IMG/VR virus record: IMGVR_UViG_3300042308_001049
Coordinates: 1 to 64,000 of that record
Length of the DNA stretch: 64,000 bases
From: a virus
Strand: one strand, 5' to 3'
The translations under genes were made by a program, and so were the position numbers. How positions within the stretch are numbered: position 1 is the stretch's first letter; each line of letters opens with the position of its first letter. This document shows, in pieces, positions 46,219 through 54,927 of the stretch. The notes under the pieces were generated by a model. It saw nothing but the letters and a program-made list of their open reading frames with translations, was not told the origin of the DNA and made no database searches.

Positions 46219-46306
46219 GGAGGTTTGGCAGAGCGGTCGAATGCGGCAGTCTTGAAAACTGTTGACTGTAACAGGTCCCGGGGTTCGAATCCCTGAGCCT
46301 CCGCCA
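46219..46306 (+). tRNA. tRNA-Ser(TGA), encoded CCA
   Basis: GCAGT-CTTGAAA-ACTGT; long variable arm. Confidence 0.95.
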
Positions 46307-46379
46307 CGAGATGTAGCGCAGTTGGTAGCGCACCTGGTTTGGGACCAGGGGGTCGCAGGTTCGAACCCTGTCATCTCGA
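46307..46379 (+). tRNA. tRNA-Pro(TGG)
   Basis: CTGGT-TTGGG-ACCAG region; canonical arms. Confidence 0.95.
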
Positions 46380-46385
46380 CTATAT

Positions 46386-46456
46386 TACCCTCTCGTCTAA
46401 TGGCAGGACAATTGGTTTTGGTCCAATTAATTGGGGTTCGAGTCCCTGGGGGGTAA
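46386..46456 (+). tRNA. tRNA-Gln(TTG)
   Basis: ATTGG-TTTTGGT-CCAAT. Confidence 0.92.
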
Positions 46457-46462
46457 CAAAAT

Positions 46463-46544
46463 TGGAAGGTGGGTGAGTGGTTAAAACCGGCAGACTGTAA
46501 ATCTGCTCCCATTGGGTACGGCGGTTCGAATCCGTCCCTTCCAA
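46463..46544 (+). tRNA. tRNA-Tyr(GTA)
   Basis: GCAGA-CTGTAAA-TCTGC; variable arm. Confidence 0.95.
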
Positions 46545-46549
46545 CAACT

Positions 46550-46623
46550 GGACCTTTAGCTCAGTCGGTTAGAGCAGTTGACTCATAATCAATTGGTCGG
46601 GGGTTCGAGCCCCTCAAGGTCCA
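46550..46623 (+). tRNA. tRNA-Ile2(CAT) (lysidine type) or elongator Met
   Basis: GGACCTT/AAGGTCC acceptor resembling Ile2; GTTGA-CTCATAA-TCAAT. Confidence 0.85.
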
Positions 46624-46696
46624 CAAAATAAAGTTTGGCCCAGTCAGATTTTATTTATATATTTATATCATTAAATAATTAATTAACAAAAACAAA

Positions 46697-46843
46697 ATGA
46701 AAAAAGCATTTTTCGCAATCGCAATCGCTGCTGTAGCTGTAGCTTGTTCCAACGAAGCAGCAACTACTGAATCAACCACAGTAGACACTCTTGTAGTATC
46801 TACCGATACCACAGTTACAGCTGACACTACAGTAGCAGAATAA
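46697..46843 (+). CDS. 48 aa lipoprotein
   Basis: MKKAFFAIAIAAVAVA-C lipobox; Thr-rich tail with DTL and DTT; promoter at 46634. Confidence 0.8.
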   Translation: MKKAFFAIAIAAVAVACSNEAATTESTTVDTLVVSTDTTVTADTTVAE

Positions 46844-46919
46844 TACTGAGTCTAGCCTGAAAAACGACCTCCTCCAGGTTCTTTGAGAACGTATGCTTGA
46901 AGTTTTGTAAGGGAGATTT

Positions 46920-46992
46920 GCCTCAATAGCTCAGTTGGTAGAGCCACTGATTTGTAATCAGTAGGTCGCTGGTTCAAGTCCGGCTTGAGGCT
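46920..46992 (+). tRNA. tRNA-Thr(TGT)
   Basis: ACTGA-TTTGTAA-TCAGT. Confidence 0.95.
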
Positions 46993-46994
46993 CA

Positions 46995-47289
46995 AAAGTA
47001 ATGTGGCTGAATAAAGGGTTGAGAGCTCTTAAGGCACTGGTTGAACTGCTGAAAAGCAGGAATATTGGGTCATACAGACATGTGAGGTAAAACCACCTAA
47101 ACTACAGGGTAGAATGCGCAACCTGGTAGCCTCTAGGGTCCCGTCAAGGTTATATTCATGATCTCTGCCGCGGGTGTTGGTAAGCAATCCAACCAATCGT
47201 TAACAGCAGAATTAGCTACTCTGTTGGGTTGTGGGTGAAAGGGGGCATGTCCAGGACGTATGGGTAGTCAGGATTCCCATCATTACTTT
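46995..47289 (+). ncRNA. Candidate ~295-nt structured ncRNA
   Basis: Closing AAAGTAATG/CATTACTTT abutting both flanking tRNAs; many internal helices; no ORF. Confidence 0.65.
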
Positions 47290-47291
47290 AT

Positions 47292-47364
47292 GCGAAAGTA
47301 GCTCAGTTGGTAGAGCATGACCTTGCCAAGGTCAGGGTCGCCGGTTCGAATCCGGTCTTTCGCT
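47292..47364 (+). tRNA. tRNA-Gly(GCC)
   Basis: TGACC-TTGCCAA-GGTCA. Confidence 0.95.
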
Positions 47365-47412
47365 CTAATTTTACCTATATGTTTCTTGATCTACGCATAT
47401 ATGTATATGCAA

Positions 47413-47850
47413 ATGGATATAAATAAAATATTTAATCTATTCGATTCAACAGAATTTGATACTCCCTTAGAGCAAAAAGCTAAGGCAGCTGATGAACTTA
47501 TTTTAATTCAAGAAACCCCTATATTTTGGGTAGGGATGCTTAAAAAAATTATATTAAATAATAAAGCTTTCTACCATCAACTTAAACATCATCTTCCTGA
47601 ACAATTAATTAAAGAAATAGCTGGTTTAGATGATATAGCCGATTTAGTCACTTATTCAAGGGTGTGGTTTTATGCTTCTAAATTAAATTTAAAACGTAAA
47701 ATAGATATAGATGCTATAAAAACTTTTGCTGATGATAATTTAGTATTTGCCTTAGTTATGGCTATTAAATTCTTTGAATGTAAAGAAGAGTATGAGAAAT
47801 GTGCTCATTTAAAACAAATCCAAGATATAGTTGAGAAATTTATCAAGTAA
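47413..47850 (+). CDS. Hypothetical protein (C-terminal EEYEKCAHL, UVR-like)
   Basis: Start trimmed to exclude tRNA-Gly overlap. Confidence 0.75.
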   Translation: MDINKIFNLFDSTEFDTPLEQKAKAADELILIQETPIFWVGMLKKIILNNKAFYHQLKHHLPEQLIKEIAGLDDIADLVTYSRVWFYASKLNLKRKIDIDAIKTFADDNLVFALVMAIKFFECKEEYEKCAHLKQIQDIVEKFIK

Positions 47851-47904
47851 ACTTGATTCCAACATATATCTACATTACATTATAACCCAACAAAAATATT
47901 AAAC

Positions 47905-48078
47905 ATGAGAAATCCAGATCTAGCAGTTCAAAAACTAGAGAAACTTGAAGGCAAGTTAACCTCTATGGGTGTTTTAATTACACGCCCAACCACAACTAAA
48001 GAACAATACCAAAAACTTATTGCAGAGGCACATGATATTATCAGTGACCTTAAAATGATGGTACAACGTCAAAACTAA
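47905..48078 (+). CDS. 57 aa helical protein
   Basis: MRNPDLAVQKLEKLEG... Confidence 0.6.
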   Translation: MRNPDLAVQKLEKLEGKLTSMGVLITRPTTTKEQYQKLIAEAHDIISDLKMMVQRQN

Positions 48079-48093
48079 TTTTAAATAAAAGTT

Positions 48094-48864
48094 ATGAATC
48101 TTACAGCAGAACAAATCCAAAACAATTGGGAAGTATTTTTAGGACTTATTGAAGAACATATCTCTTCACCTCGTAAAGAAAAACTCCTAGACTTCTATAA
48201 TCAGTACGCTGATCGCTTAATGCTAATGCCTGCTGCCCATAAAAAAGAATACCATAATGCTTTCCCAGGTGGTTATGTAGAACATGTTATTCGTGTTGTA
48301 CGTTGTGCTCTTAAACAACATCAACTATGGGCTGATGAAGGAGTAGATACAAGTACATACACTATGGAAGAACTTGTTTTTGCTGCAATCAACCATGACC
48401 TAGGTAAGATGGGTGATGAAGAAAATGAAGCTTATATTCCCCAAACTGATGAATGGAGACGAAATAAGCTAGGTGAAGATTATATGCATAATGATAAAAT
48501 TGCATTTGCCTCAGTTCCTGACCGTGGTCTTTATCTTCTTCAATCTCATGGCATTCAATATACCTTTAATGAGATGATAGGTATTCAAACTCATGATGGT
48601 TTATATGATGAAGCAAATAAGAAGTACTTTATGGGATTCACTCCTGAGGTTAAACCGCGTACTTCACTTCCTTATATTCTCCATTTTGCTGATATGATGG
48701 CTGCTCGTATTGAGTTTGAACGTGAATGGTTACCTAAGTTTAAAAATGGAACTGCTAAAACAGCCCCAGTTAAAAAAACAACTAACACTCCTTCAGTCAC
48801 CAAGCAAAAAGCACTTAGTGGAGTTAGAAGTGAAGGATTAAAAAATCTATTAGATAGTATATGA
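48094..48864 (+). CDS. HD-domain phosphohydrolase
   Basis: YH.AFPGGYVEH, HDLGK, HDG, ADM. Confidence 0.88.
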   Translation: MNLTAEQIQNNWEVFLGLIEEHISSPRKEKLLDFYNQYADRLMLMPAAHKKEYHNAFPGGYVEHVIRVVRCALKQHQLWADEGVDTSTYTMEELVFAAINHDLGKMGDEENEAYIPQTDEWRRNKLGEDYMHNDKIAFASVPDRGLYLLQSHGIQYTFNEMIGIQTHDGLYDEANKKYFMGFTPEVKPRTSLPYILHFADMMAARIEFEREWLPKFKNGTAKTAPVKKTTNTPSVTKQKALSGVRSEGLKNLLDSI

Positions 48865-49154
48865 TAATTACCATTATTATACTTTTGGTTGCGGTCGTGA
48901 TCTTAGGATTCACGACCTTTAACCTTCTTAAGAAAGTTGAACGATACGAAGACGAACTTAACAAAAGACAAGAAGCTATTATCTCATACCAAGACTATAT
49001 TAATGGTTTAGGTAGTACTGTAGAATTTATGATTAAGCGGATTGATGAAGTTGATGCTAAAGGTACTTTTAAAAGTGATGATGAAGTAGGATTTTTCTTT
49101 GATCGACTTAAAATGTTAAACGATATGTTAAGACCCTATAACATAAAATTATGA
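48861..49154 (+). CDS. TM plus coiled-coil protein
   Basis: N-terminal TM; FKSDDEVG.FF. Confidence 0.75.
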   Translation: MIITIIILLVAVVILGFTTFNLLKKVERYEDELNKRQEAIISYQDYINGLGSTVEFMIKRIDEVDAKGTFKSDDEVGFFFDRLKMLNDMLRPYNIKL

Positions 49155-49873
49155 GTGAAGAAATAATCCCTAAAAAGAAAAAAGGTGTACAATACTTCAC
49201 TCAGGAAACAGAGGATGCTATTGTAAGATATAATAAAGCAACTAATACATTAGAAAAAGAAAGAATATATCATAGATATATTCATTACCCATTTTTTAAA
49301 CTTACTGAGAATATTATTCATACCTTTAAATTCTATTATACAGAAGTAGAAAATATTGAAGATCTTCAGCATGAGGTAATTACCTTTCTTCTCTCTAAAA
49401 TACATCTATACGATCAGACTAAAGGATCTAAAGCATACTCTTACTTTGGTACAATTGCAAAACGTTATTTAATTATATCCAACACACGAAACTACAAGCG
49501 TAGAATCGATAAGGCACCTGTTGAAGGATTAGATGAGAATGAAAAATTTTCTTATCAAATTGAAGAAACATTACAAGATGCTCATGATGATAAACTATCA
49601 TATTATATAGATGAGTTTACAGTGTATTGTACTGAGAATATTTTTGAGTTGTTTCCTAAAGATGAAGATGCTCAAATTGCTGATGCTATTTTAGAACTAT
49701 TCCGTAAACGTGACAGTATAGACGTTTTTAATAAGAAAGCATTATATATCTACATTAGGGAACAGATAGACGCTAAAACCCCAAAAATAACTAAAATAGC
49801 AGGACAATTATACAGTATATTTAGATCCAACTATATACATTATTTAGAACACGGTTATGTAGAGTTTAAATAA
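49151..49873 (+). CDS. Phage sigma-like factor (T4 gp55-like late sigma)
   Basis: EDL..E...FL...I..YD..KGSKAYSYFGTIAK region-2-like motif; precedes structural genes. Confidence 0.7.
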   Translation: MSEEIIPKKKKGVQYFTQETEDAIVRYNKATNTLEKERIYHRYIHYPFFKLTENIIHTFKFYYTEVENIEDLQHEVITFLLSKIHLYDQTKGSKAYSYFGTIAKRYLIISNTRNYKRRIDKAPVEGLDENEKFSYQIEETLQDAHDDKLSYYIDEFTVYCTENIFELFPKDEDAQIADAILELFRKRDSIDVFNKKALYIYIREQIDAKTPKITKIAGQLYSIFRSNYIHYLEHGYVEFK

Positions 49874-49875
49874 AT

Positions 49876-49883
49876 ATATTTAT
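49876..49883 (+). promoter_or_regulatory. Putative late promoter ATATTTAT (representative copy)
   Basis: Also at 4158, 18641, 21253, 23329, 28145, 30053, 30821, 44781, 52270, mostly just upstream of starts. Confidence 0.6.
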
Positions 49884-49887
49884 AACC

Positions 49888-50223
49888 ATGAGCCAGTTTG
49901 ATAAAACCGTATTTGGTAAAAAGAAATTCTCTGATTTATTAGAGGAAATCTATGACAATCAAAAGAAAAAAGATAAGCAAATAAATGCTCTTATCAATGA
50001 ACTAAAACCTATGATTGAAGAAATAGGTGACGCTACTCTCTTAGTTCCCTTAATTAAAGAATACCTAGAAATGGGCATCAAAAATGATGACCTATTAATT
50101 AAAATGGCTGCCCTAGCACAACGTGCAATGAATAGTGAAGCAACTGATGCTGGCTTAGGAATTTCAGACGAAGAAAAACAACAATTACTTGATGAGATAA
50201 GTAAGTTTAAATCTGAGGAGTAA
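49888..50223 (+). CDS. Hypothetical helical protein
   Basis: 111 aa. Confidence 0.8.
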   Translation: MSQFDKTVFGKKKFSDLLEEIYDNQKKKDKQINALINELKPMIEEIGDATLLVPLIKEYLEMGIKNDDLLIKMAALAQRAMNSEATDAGLGISDEEKQQLLDEISKFKSEE

Positions 50224-51422
50224 TGGCTAAAACAAATAGGTCAGGTGGTGTTTTAGGGGCTTTACTTGATAAGTCTAGATTTTCTATAGCTTTTCCTGTT
50301 CAAAATGTAGGTAGAGTAGTTAGCATAGTATTAGATGAGACTCATCCGCGTTGGAAAGAACTTGGTGAATGGAATGGTTTAGGTACAATTGAATATGTTT
50401 TAGTTGACCAACCTGTATCTCCAAACCAATCTTATCCTACAGCTAAACCCTATGATCCTTCTACTAGGAATTTACCTTTAATAAATGAGATAGTATTTAT
50501 CTCTTCTTTCCCAAATACTGATATAGGTGAATTTGCTTCATCTAAGACAGCTTATTATATGAGTGTTGTGGGTATTTGGAATCATCCCCACCATAATGCT
50601 TTTCCTCAAAACTCTAATATATTACCTCCCTCACAACAAAAAGATTATGTTGAGACAGAGTTAGGTAGTGTAAGAAGAGTAACAGATCAATCTACTGAGA
50701 TATTTTTAGGAAGAACATTTGTTGAAAGAGGGAATATACATCCACTCTTACCATTTGAAGGAGATAGAATTTTTGAGGGTAGGTGGGGTAATTCAATCCG
50801 TTTAGGATCTACTGTTAAAAATACTCCTAATACATGGTCTTCTATAGGAACTAATGGCGACCCTATTACTATTATTCGTAATGGTCAAGGTAATCAAACA
50901 GATGAAGGATGGATTCCAACTATAGAAGATATTAATAATGATGATACTTCTATATATTTTACTAGTACTCAAAAAATACCTTTAAAAGCCTCTAGTACTT
51001 CTTACTCTAGTTATACTTCTAATCCACCAACCCAACCTAATGAGTACTCTGGTAAACAGCTTATTCTAAACTCAGGCCGTTTAGTATTTAATACTACAGA
51101 AGATCATTTACTTTTATCATCAACTAAAACTGTAAATATCAATGCTTTAAACAGTTTCAATGTTGACTCACCACAGTCAGTGATTCAATCCAATAGCGTG
51201 TTATTAGGTGGGGCTAATGCGGTACAACCATTACTTTACGGTGATACTACTATAACTCTTTTAACTCAATTAGTAGACCAATTATCTCTTTTAAGTGCAA
51301 CTTTAACAAATATCCCAGTTTCTACAGTTGCATCAGCAGCTGGTCAGTTTATAACTTATTTAACTACCTTAAAGGTTCAATTAGAGACTACAACTAAATC
51401 GAATATAAGTAAAACTCTGTAA
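50223..51422 (+). CDS. Baseplate hub/spike-like protein (gp5/VgrG-like)
   Basis: LPLINEIV OB-like segment, EGRWGNSIRLG, beta-strand repeats; upstream of gp25-like gene. Confidence 0.6.
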   Translation: MAKTNRSGGVLGALLDKSRFSIAFPVQNVGRVVSIVLDETHPRWKELGEWNGLGTIEYVLVDQPVSPNQSYPTAKPYDPSTRNLPLINEIVFISSFPNTDIGEFASSKTAYYMSVVGIWNHPHHNAFPQNSNILPPSQQKDYVETELGSVRRVTDQSTEIFLGRTFVERGNIHPLLPFEGDRIFEGRWGNSIRLGSTVKNTPNTWSSIGTNGDPITIIRNGQGNQTDEGWIPTIEDINNDDTSIYFTSTQKIPLKASSTSYSSYTSNPPTQPNEYSGKQLILNSGRLVFNTTEDHLLLSSTKTVNINALNSFNVDSPQSVIQSNSVLLGGANAVQPLLYGDTTITLLTQLVDQLSLLSATLTNIPVSTVASAAGQFITYLTTLKVQLETTTKSNISKTL

Positions 51423-52264
51423 TGGCTGGGATTGATATAACTTCTATACAAAATGCTATCTCTGATCCTAAATCAGCTTTAGTAAAATTGTCTTTACTAT
51501 TAATTAAAAAAACATCAGATAACGAGAATTTAATTAAATTACCTTTAGAAAATTTACTAAAACAAATCCCAACAGACGGCACTTGCCCAGATCCTCAAAC
51601 ACTACAAAATATTATAGACAAACGAAACAATATTGTAGAGTTTCTAAATAAATTTAGTACATTTTTAGATACTGTAATTTTTACATATACTGGAGTTAGT
51701 GTTGCTTTTGATGTTGCTTTATCTACTATAACTGGGTTGAAATTAACTAAAACCACAGCTTCAGGTGGAGTAAAAATTTTACCCACAGCACCCGGTTTTG
51801 TTACTGCTCTTTTAAGTGATTTAGGTGATTTAACAGATAATTTAACTTATAATTCTTTAGGTGAATCTAAATTAGTTAAAAGAAAACAAGACCTAGATAC
51901 TTTAGCAATTGCTTTAAATATAGTATCTTCTTTTGTAAAAAATGTAGTGACTATTTTAAATTCTTTAGACGCGGCACTTTCATTATGTTTACAACCAAAC
52001 CAAACTCTAAATCCTGTAAGTGATAATCTTCAAAAAATATTAACAGATAATCAACAATCTGTAGATAATTCAACTTATCAAGGTTTTATATTCAAAATAG
52101 AAGAAGTACCTTTCAGCTCTACTGTTACTCGTAGAAAAGCAGTTGCATTTAATCAATCCGGTATTCCTTTAATAGAGACACCTCTATCGTTTACAACTAA
52201 CGATCGAACATTAATTGATGAACTTAAATTAATTATTGACAGAGACAATTTAAAAGCCTACTAA
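51422..52264 (+). CDS. Hypothetical structural protein
   Basis: 280 aa in baseplate operon. Confidence 0.75.
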   Translation: MAGIDITSIQNAISDPKSALVKLSLLLIKKTSDNENLIKLPLENLLKQIPTDGTCPDPQTLQNIIDKRNNIVEFLNKFSTFLDTVIFTYTGVSVAFDVALSTITGLKLTKTTASGGVKILPTAPGFVTALLSDLGDLTDNLTYNSLGESKLVKRKQDLDTLAIALNIVSSFVKNVVTILNSLDAALSLCLQPNQTLNPVSDNLQKILTDNQQSVDNSTYQGFIFKIEEVPFSSTVTRRKAVAFNQSGIPLIETPLSFTTNDRTLIDELKLIIDRDNLKAY

Positions 52265-52282
52265 ATTCAATATTTATAACAG

Positions 52283-52651
52283 ATGAAACCAAGTGAATTA
52301 AAATCATTTATCAAAGACGCAGTTAGAGAAGCTATCCAAGAGGAACTAAAAGATATCCTTTTGGAAGCAGTTCGTGCACCTAAAACACAAGTGGTTGAAT
52401 CATATACTCAACCAATTCAACCTCAACCAAGTACTACATCAGCAACTGATAAAAGAGCTATGATGGAAAGTATTATGGGCGATATGAGAAGAGGACAAGA
52501 TACTCTTTCATTTAACTCAATGGATGCTAGAGGAATGGGTATGAATCAAACTACAATGCAAGTACCTTCAGGTGCTATGCCTGGTAGTGATTTACCAGCA
52601 GGTAATGTTGGTTTAGATATGATTATGGGATTAATGAAAGGAGGTAAGTAA
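52283..52651 (+). CDS. Hypothetical protein with LKSFIKDAVREAIQEE motif
   Basis: 122 aa after ATATTTAT. Confidence 0.75.
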   Translation: MKPSELKSFIKDAVREAIQEELKDILLEAVRAPKTQVVESYTQPIQPQPSTTSATDKRAMMESIMGDMRRGQDTLSFNSMDARGMGMNQTTMQVPSGAMPGSDLPAGNVGLDMIMGLMKGGK

Positions 52652-53058
52652 TGGCATTTGGAGCACAAAAGATATTTCCAATTGATACCAAACCAGGAAC
52701 AGCTGTTGGTGTTGCTATTCCTTTTAATGCTCCAGGTGTTTTTTATTCTACCTATACCACAAAAGACGCTATAAGAAATAATCTTATAAATTTTTTTCTA
52801 ACTAACCCACCCGAAAGATATCTTAACCCTACATTTGGCTCAGGTTTAAGAGCTTTTATTTTTGAACAAATTACTACTGGTAATTTAGATGGTCTTAAAG
52901 AGAATATTCAATCACAACTATCTCGTTTTTTTCCTAATGTACTTGTAGCTAGTTTAGATATATTTCAAGACCCAGACACTAATACTATAACAGTATCCTT
53001 AACTTACAATGTTATAGATACCGCTATATCAGACGAAATTCAAATAGCATTCAACTAA
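52651..53058 (+). CDS. Baseplate wedge gp25-like protein
   Basis: IRNNL.NFFLT...ER..NPTFGS.L...IFE. Confidence 0.88.
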   Translation: MAFGAQKIFPIDTKPGTAVGVAIPFNAPGVFYSTYTTKDAIRNNLINFFLTNPPERYLNPTFGSGLRAFIFEQITTGNLDGLKENIQSQLSRFFPNVLVASLDIFQDPDTNTITVSLTYNVIDTAISDEIQIAFN

Positions 53059-54923
53059 TGGCCGTAAGACGTAACATACAGTATATAAACAAGGATTTTA
53101 CCGAGTTAAGAGCGAGTTTAATTAACTACGCTCGTACTTATTTCCCTACAACCTACAATGACTTTTCTCCAGCATCACCAGGTATGATGTTTATGGAAAT
53201 GGCAGCTTATGTAGGTGATATTATGTCTTTCTATTTGGATAACCAAATCCAAGAGACATACTTACAGTATGCCCGTCAAACAAATAATTTATATGAGTTA
53301 GCTTATATGTTTGGTTATAAACCAAATGTAACTCAAGTTGCTACAGTTGATATTGAATTTTACCAACAAGTCCCAGCAACAGGATTTATAGGATCTCAAT
53401 CTCCAGACTTTAGCTATGCTTTATCAATACCAGCTAATACTGTAATATCTTCTACACCTCCTAATAGTGTCTCTTTTATTATAGAAGACCCAGTTGATTT
53501 TAGTGTTTCATCTTCAGGTGACCCTACAGAAGTAACAGTTTATCAAGTATCAAGTGGAGGTTTAGTAGTGGACTATTTCTTATTAAGAAAAGTTCGTAAA
53601 GCTATATCCTCTACTATTAATACTACCTCATTCTCATTTGGGGCTCCTCAACAGTTTGCTACAGTAGAAATAAATTCACCTAACATAGTAGGTATTTTAG
53701 ATATAGTAGATAGTAATGGAAATGTCTGGTATGAAGTAGATTATTTAGCTCAAGATACTGTTTTTGACTCTATCAAGAATACTAATGTAAATGATCCTAA
53801 CCTATCACAGTACCAAGGTGATACCCCATTCCTTTTACAATTAAAACAAGTACAAAGAAGATTTACAACTCGTTTCTTAAACAGTACTACTCTCCAACTA
53901 CAATTCGGAGCTGGAACCTCAGCTGATACTGATGAGGAAATTTTACCTAACCCAGATAATGTTGGTTTAGGTTTACCGTTTGAGATTGATAAATTAACAA
54001 CAGCATTTGCTCCTTCAAACTTTGTATTTACTAAAACATATGGTATAGCCCCATCAAATACCACTTTAACTGTTAGATACTTAACAGGTGGAGGAGTCTC
54101 AGCCAATGTACCAGCTAATACAATTACGTCAATTACAAGCGGTACTCCCCAATTTTTAAATAATAATTTAAATACTAATACAGCCAATTATATATTTGGA
54201 ACTTTAGCTGTTAACAATTTAGCAGCAGCTGATGGGGGTGGTGATGGAGACACAGCTGAAGAGATTAGACAAAATGCTTCAGCAAACTTTGCAACTCAAT
54301 TGCGTAACGTAACTCAAGATGATTATTTAGTAAGAGCACTTTCAATACCTTCTAAATTTGGAGTAATAGCTAAAGCCTATATAGAACCTACAAAAGCTCA
54401 ATCAGTACAATCCGGAGCTGCAGCTTCTGTACTTGATTTGTATGTTCTTTCTTTTGATATTAATAGTAAACTAAGAACAGCCTCAGTAGCTCTTAAACAA
54501 AATCTATCTACTTACCTTTCTCAATATAGAATGGTAAATGATTCAATCAATATTAAAGACGCATTTATTATTAATATCGGGGTTAATTTTGATATTATAG
54601 TACTTCCAAACTTCAACTCAAATGAAGTACTAACTAGATGTATTTTGGCTATGCAAGATTTTTTTGCTATTAAGAACTGGCAGATTAATGAACCTATTAT
54701 TCTAAGAGATTTATATGTTATCTTAGATGAAATTGAAGGAGTGCAAACTGTTAAAAATATTACAATATCAAATAAAGTAGGTGTTAATTTAGGATACTCT
54801 GAGTTTGCTTATGACATTCCCGGAGCTACAGTTAATAATGTAGTTTATCCATCAATAGATCCTATGATTTTTGAAGTAAAATATCCTAATACTGATATTC
54901 AAGGTAGAGTAGTAAACTTATAA
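53058..54923 (+). CDS. Baseplate wedge gp6/J-like protein
   Basis: DF..LR..LI.Y, DFS..SPG, YVGD.MSFY.D, GG.D.D..EEIR, R.VT..DY. Confidence 0.88.
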   Translation: MAVRRNIQYINKDFTELRASLINYARTYFPTTYNDFSPASPGMMFMEMAAYVGDIMSFYLDNQIQETYLQYARQTNNLYELAYMFGYKPNVTQVATVDIEFYQQVPATGFIGSQSPDFSYALSIPANTVISSTPPNSVSFIIEDPVDFSVSSSGDPTEVTVYQVSSGGLVVDYFLLRKVRKAISSTINTTSFSFGAPQQFATVEINSPNIVGILDIVDSNGNVWYEVDYLAQDTVFDSIKNTNVNDPNLSQYQGDTPFLLQLKQVQRRFTTRFLNSTTLQLQFGAGTSADTDEEILPNPDNVGLGLPFEIDKLTTAFAPSNFVFTKTYGIAPSNTTLTVRYLTGGGVSANVPANTITSITSGTPQFLNNNLNTNTANYIFGTLAVNNLAAADGGGDGDTAEEIRQNASANFATQLRNVTQDDYLVRALSIPSKFGVIAKAYIEPTKAQSVQSGAAASVLDLYVLSFDINSKLRTASVALKQNLSTYLSQYRMVNDSINIKDAFIINIGVNFDIIVLPNFNSNEVLTRCILAMQDFFAIKNWQINEPIILRDLYVILDEIEGVQTVKNITISNKVGVNLGYSEFAYDIPGATVNNVVYPSIDPMIFEVKYPNTDIQGRVVNL

Positions 54924-54927
54924 GACA

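Noticed and set aside
44830-46512. ORF-track calls overlapping tRNA genes, and the 47317 start
   Set aside because: They overlap well-formed tRNAs and are spurious frames in GC-richer RNA genes
46995-47289. RNase P RNA or tmRNA
   Set aside because: Contains GGGTGAAAGGG but lacks the GAGGAAAGUCC P4 signature; no tRNA-Ala-like ends or tag ORF
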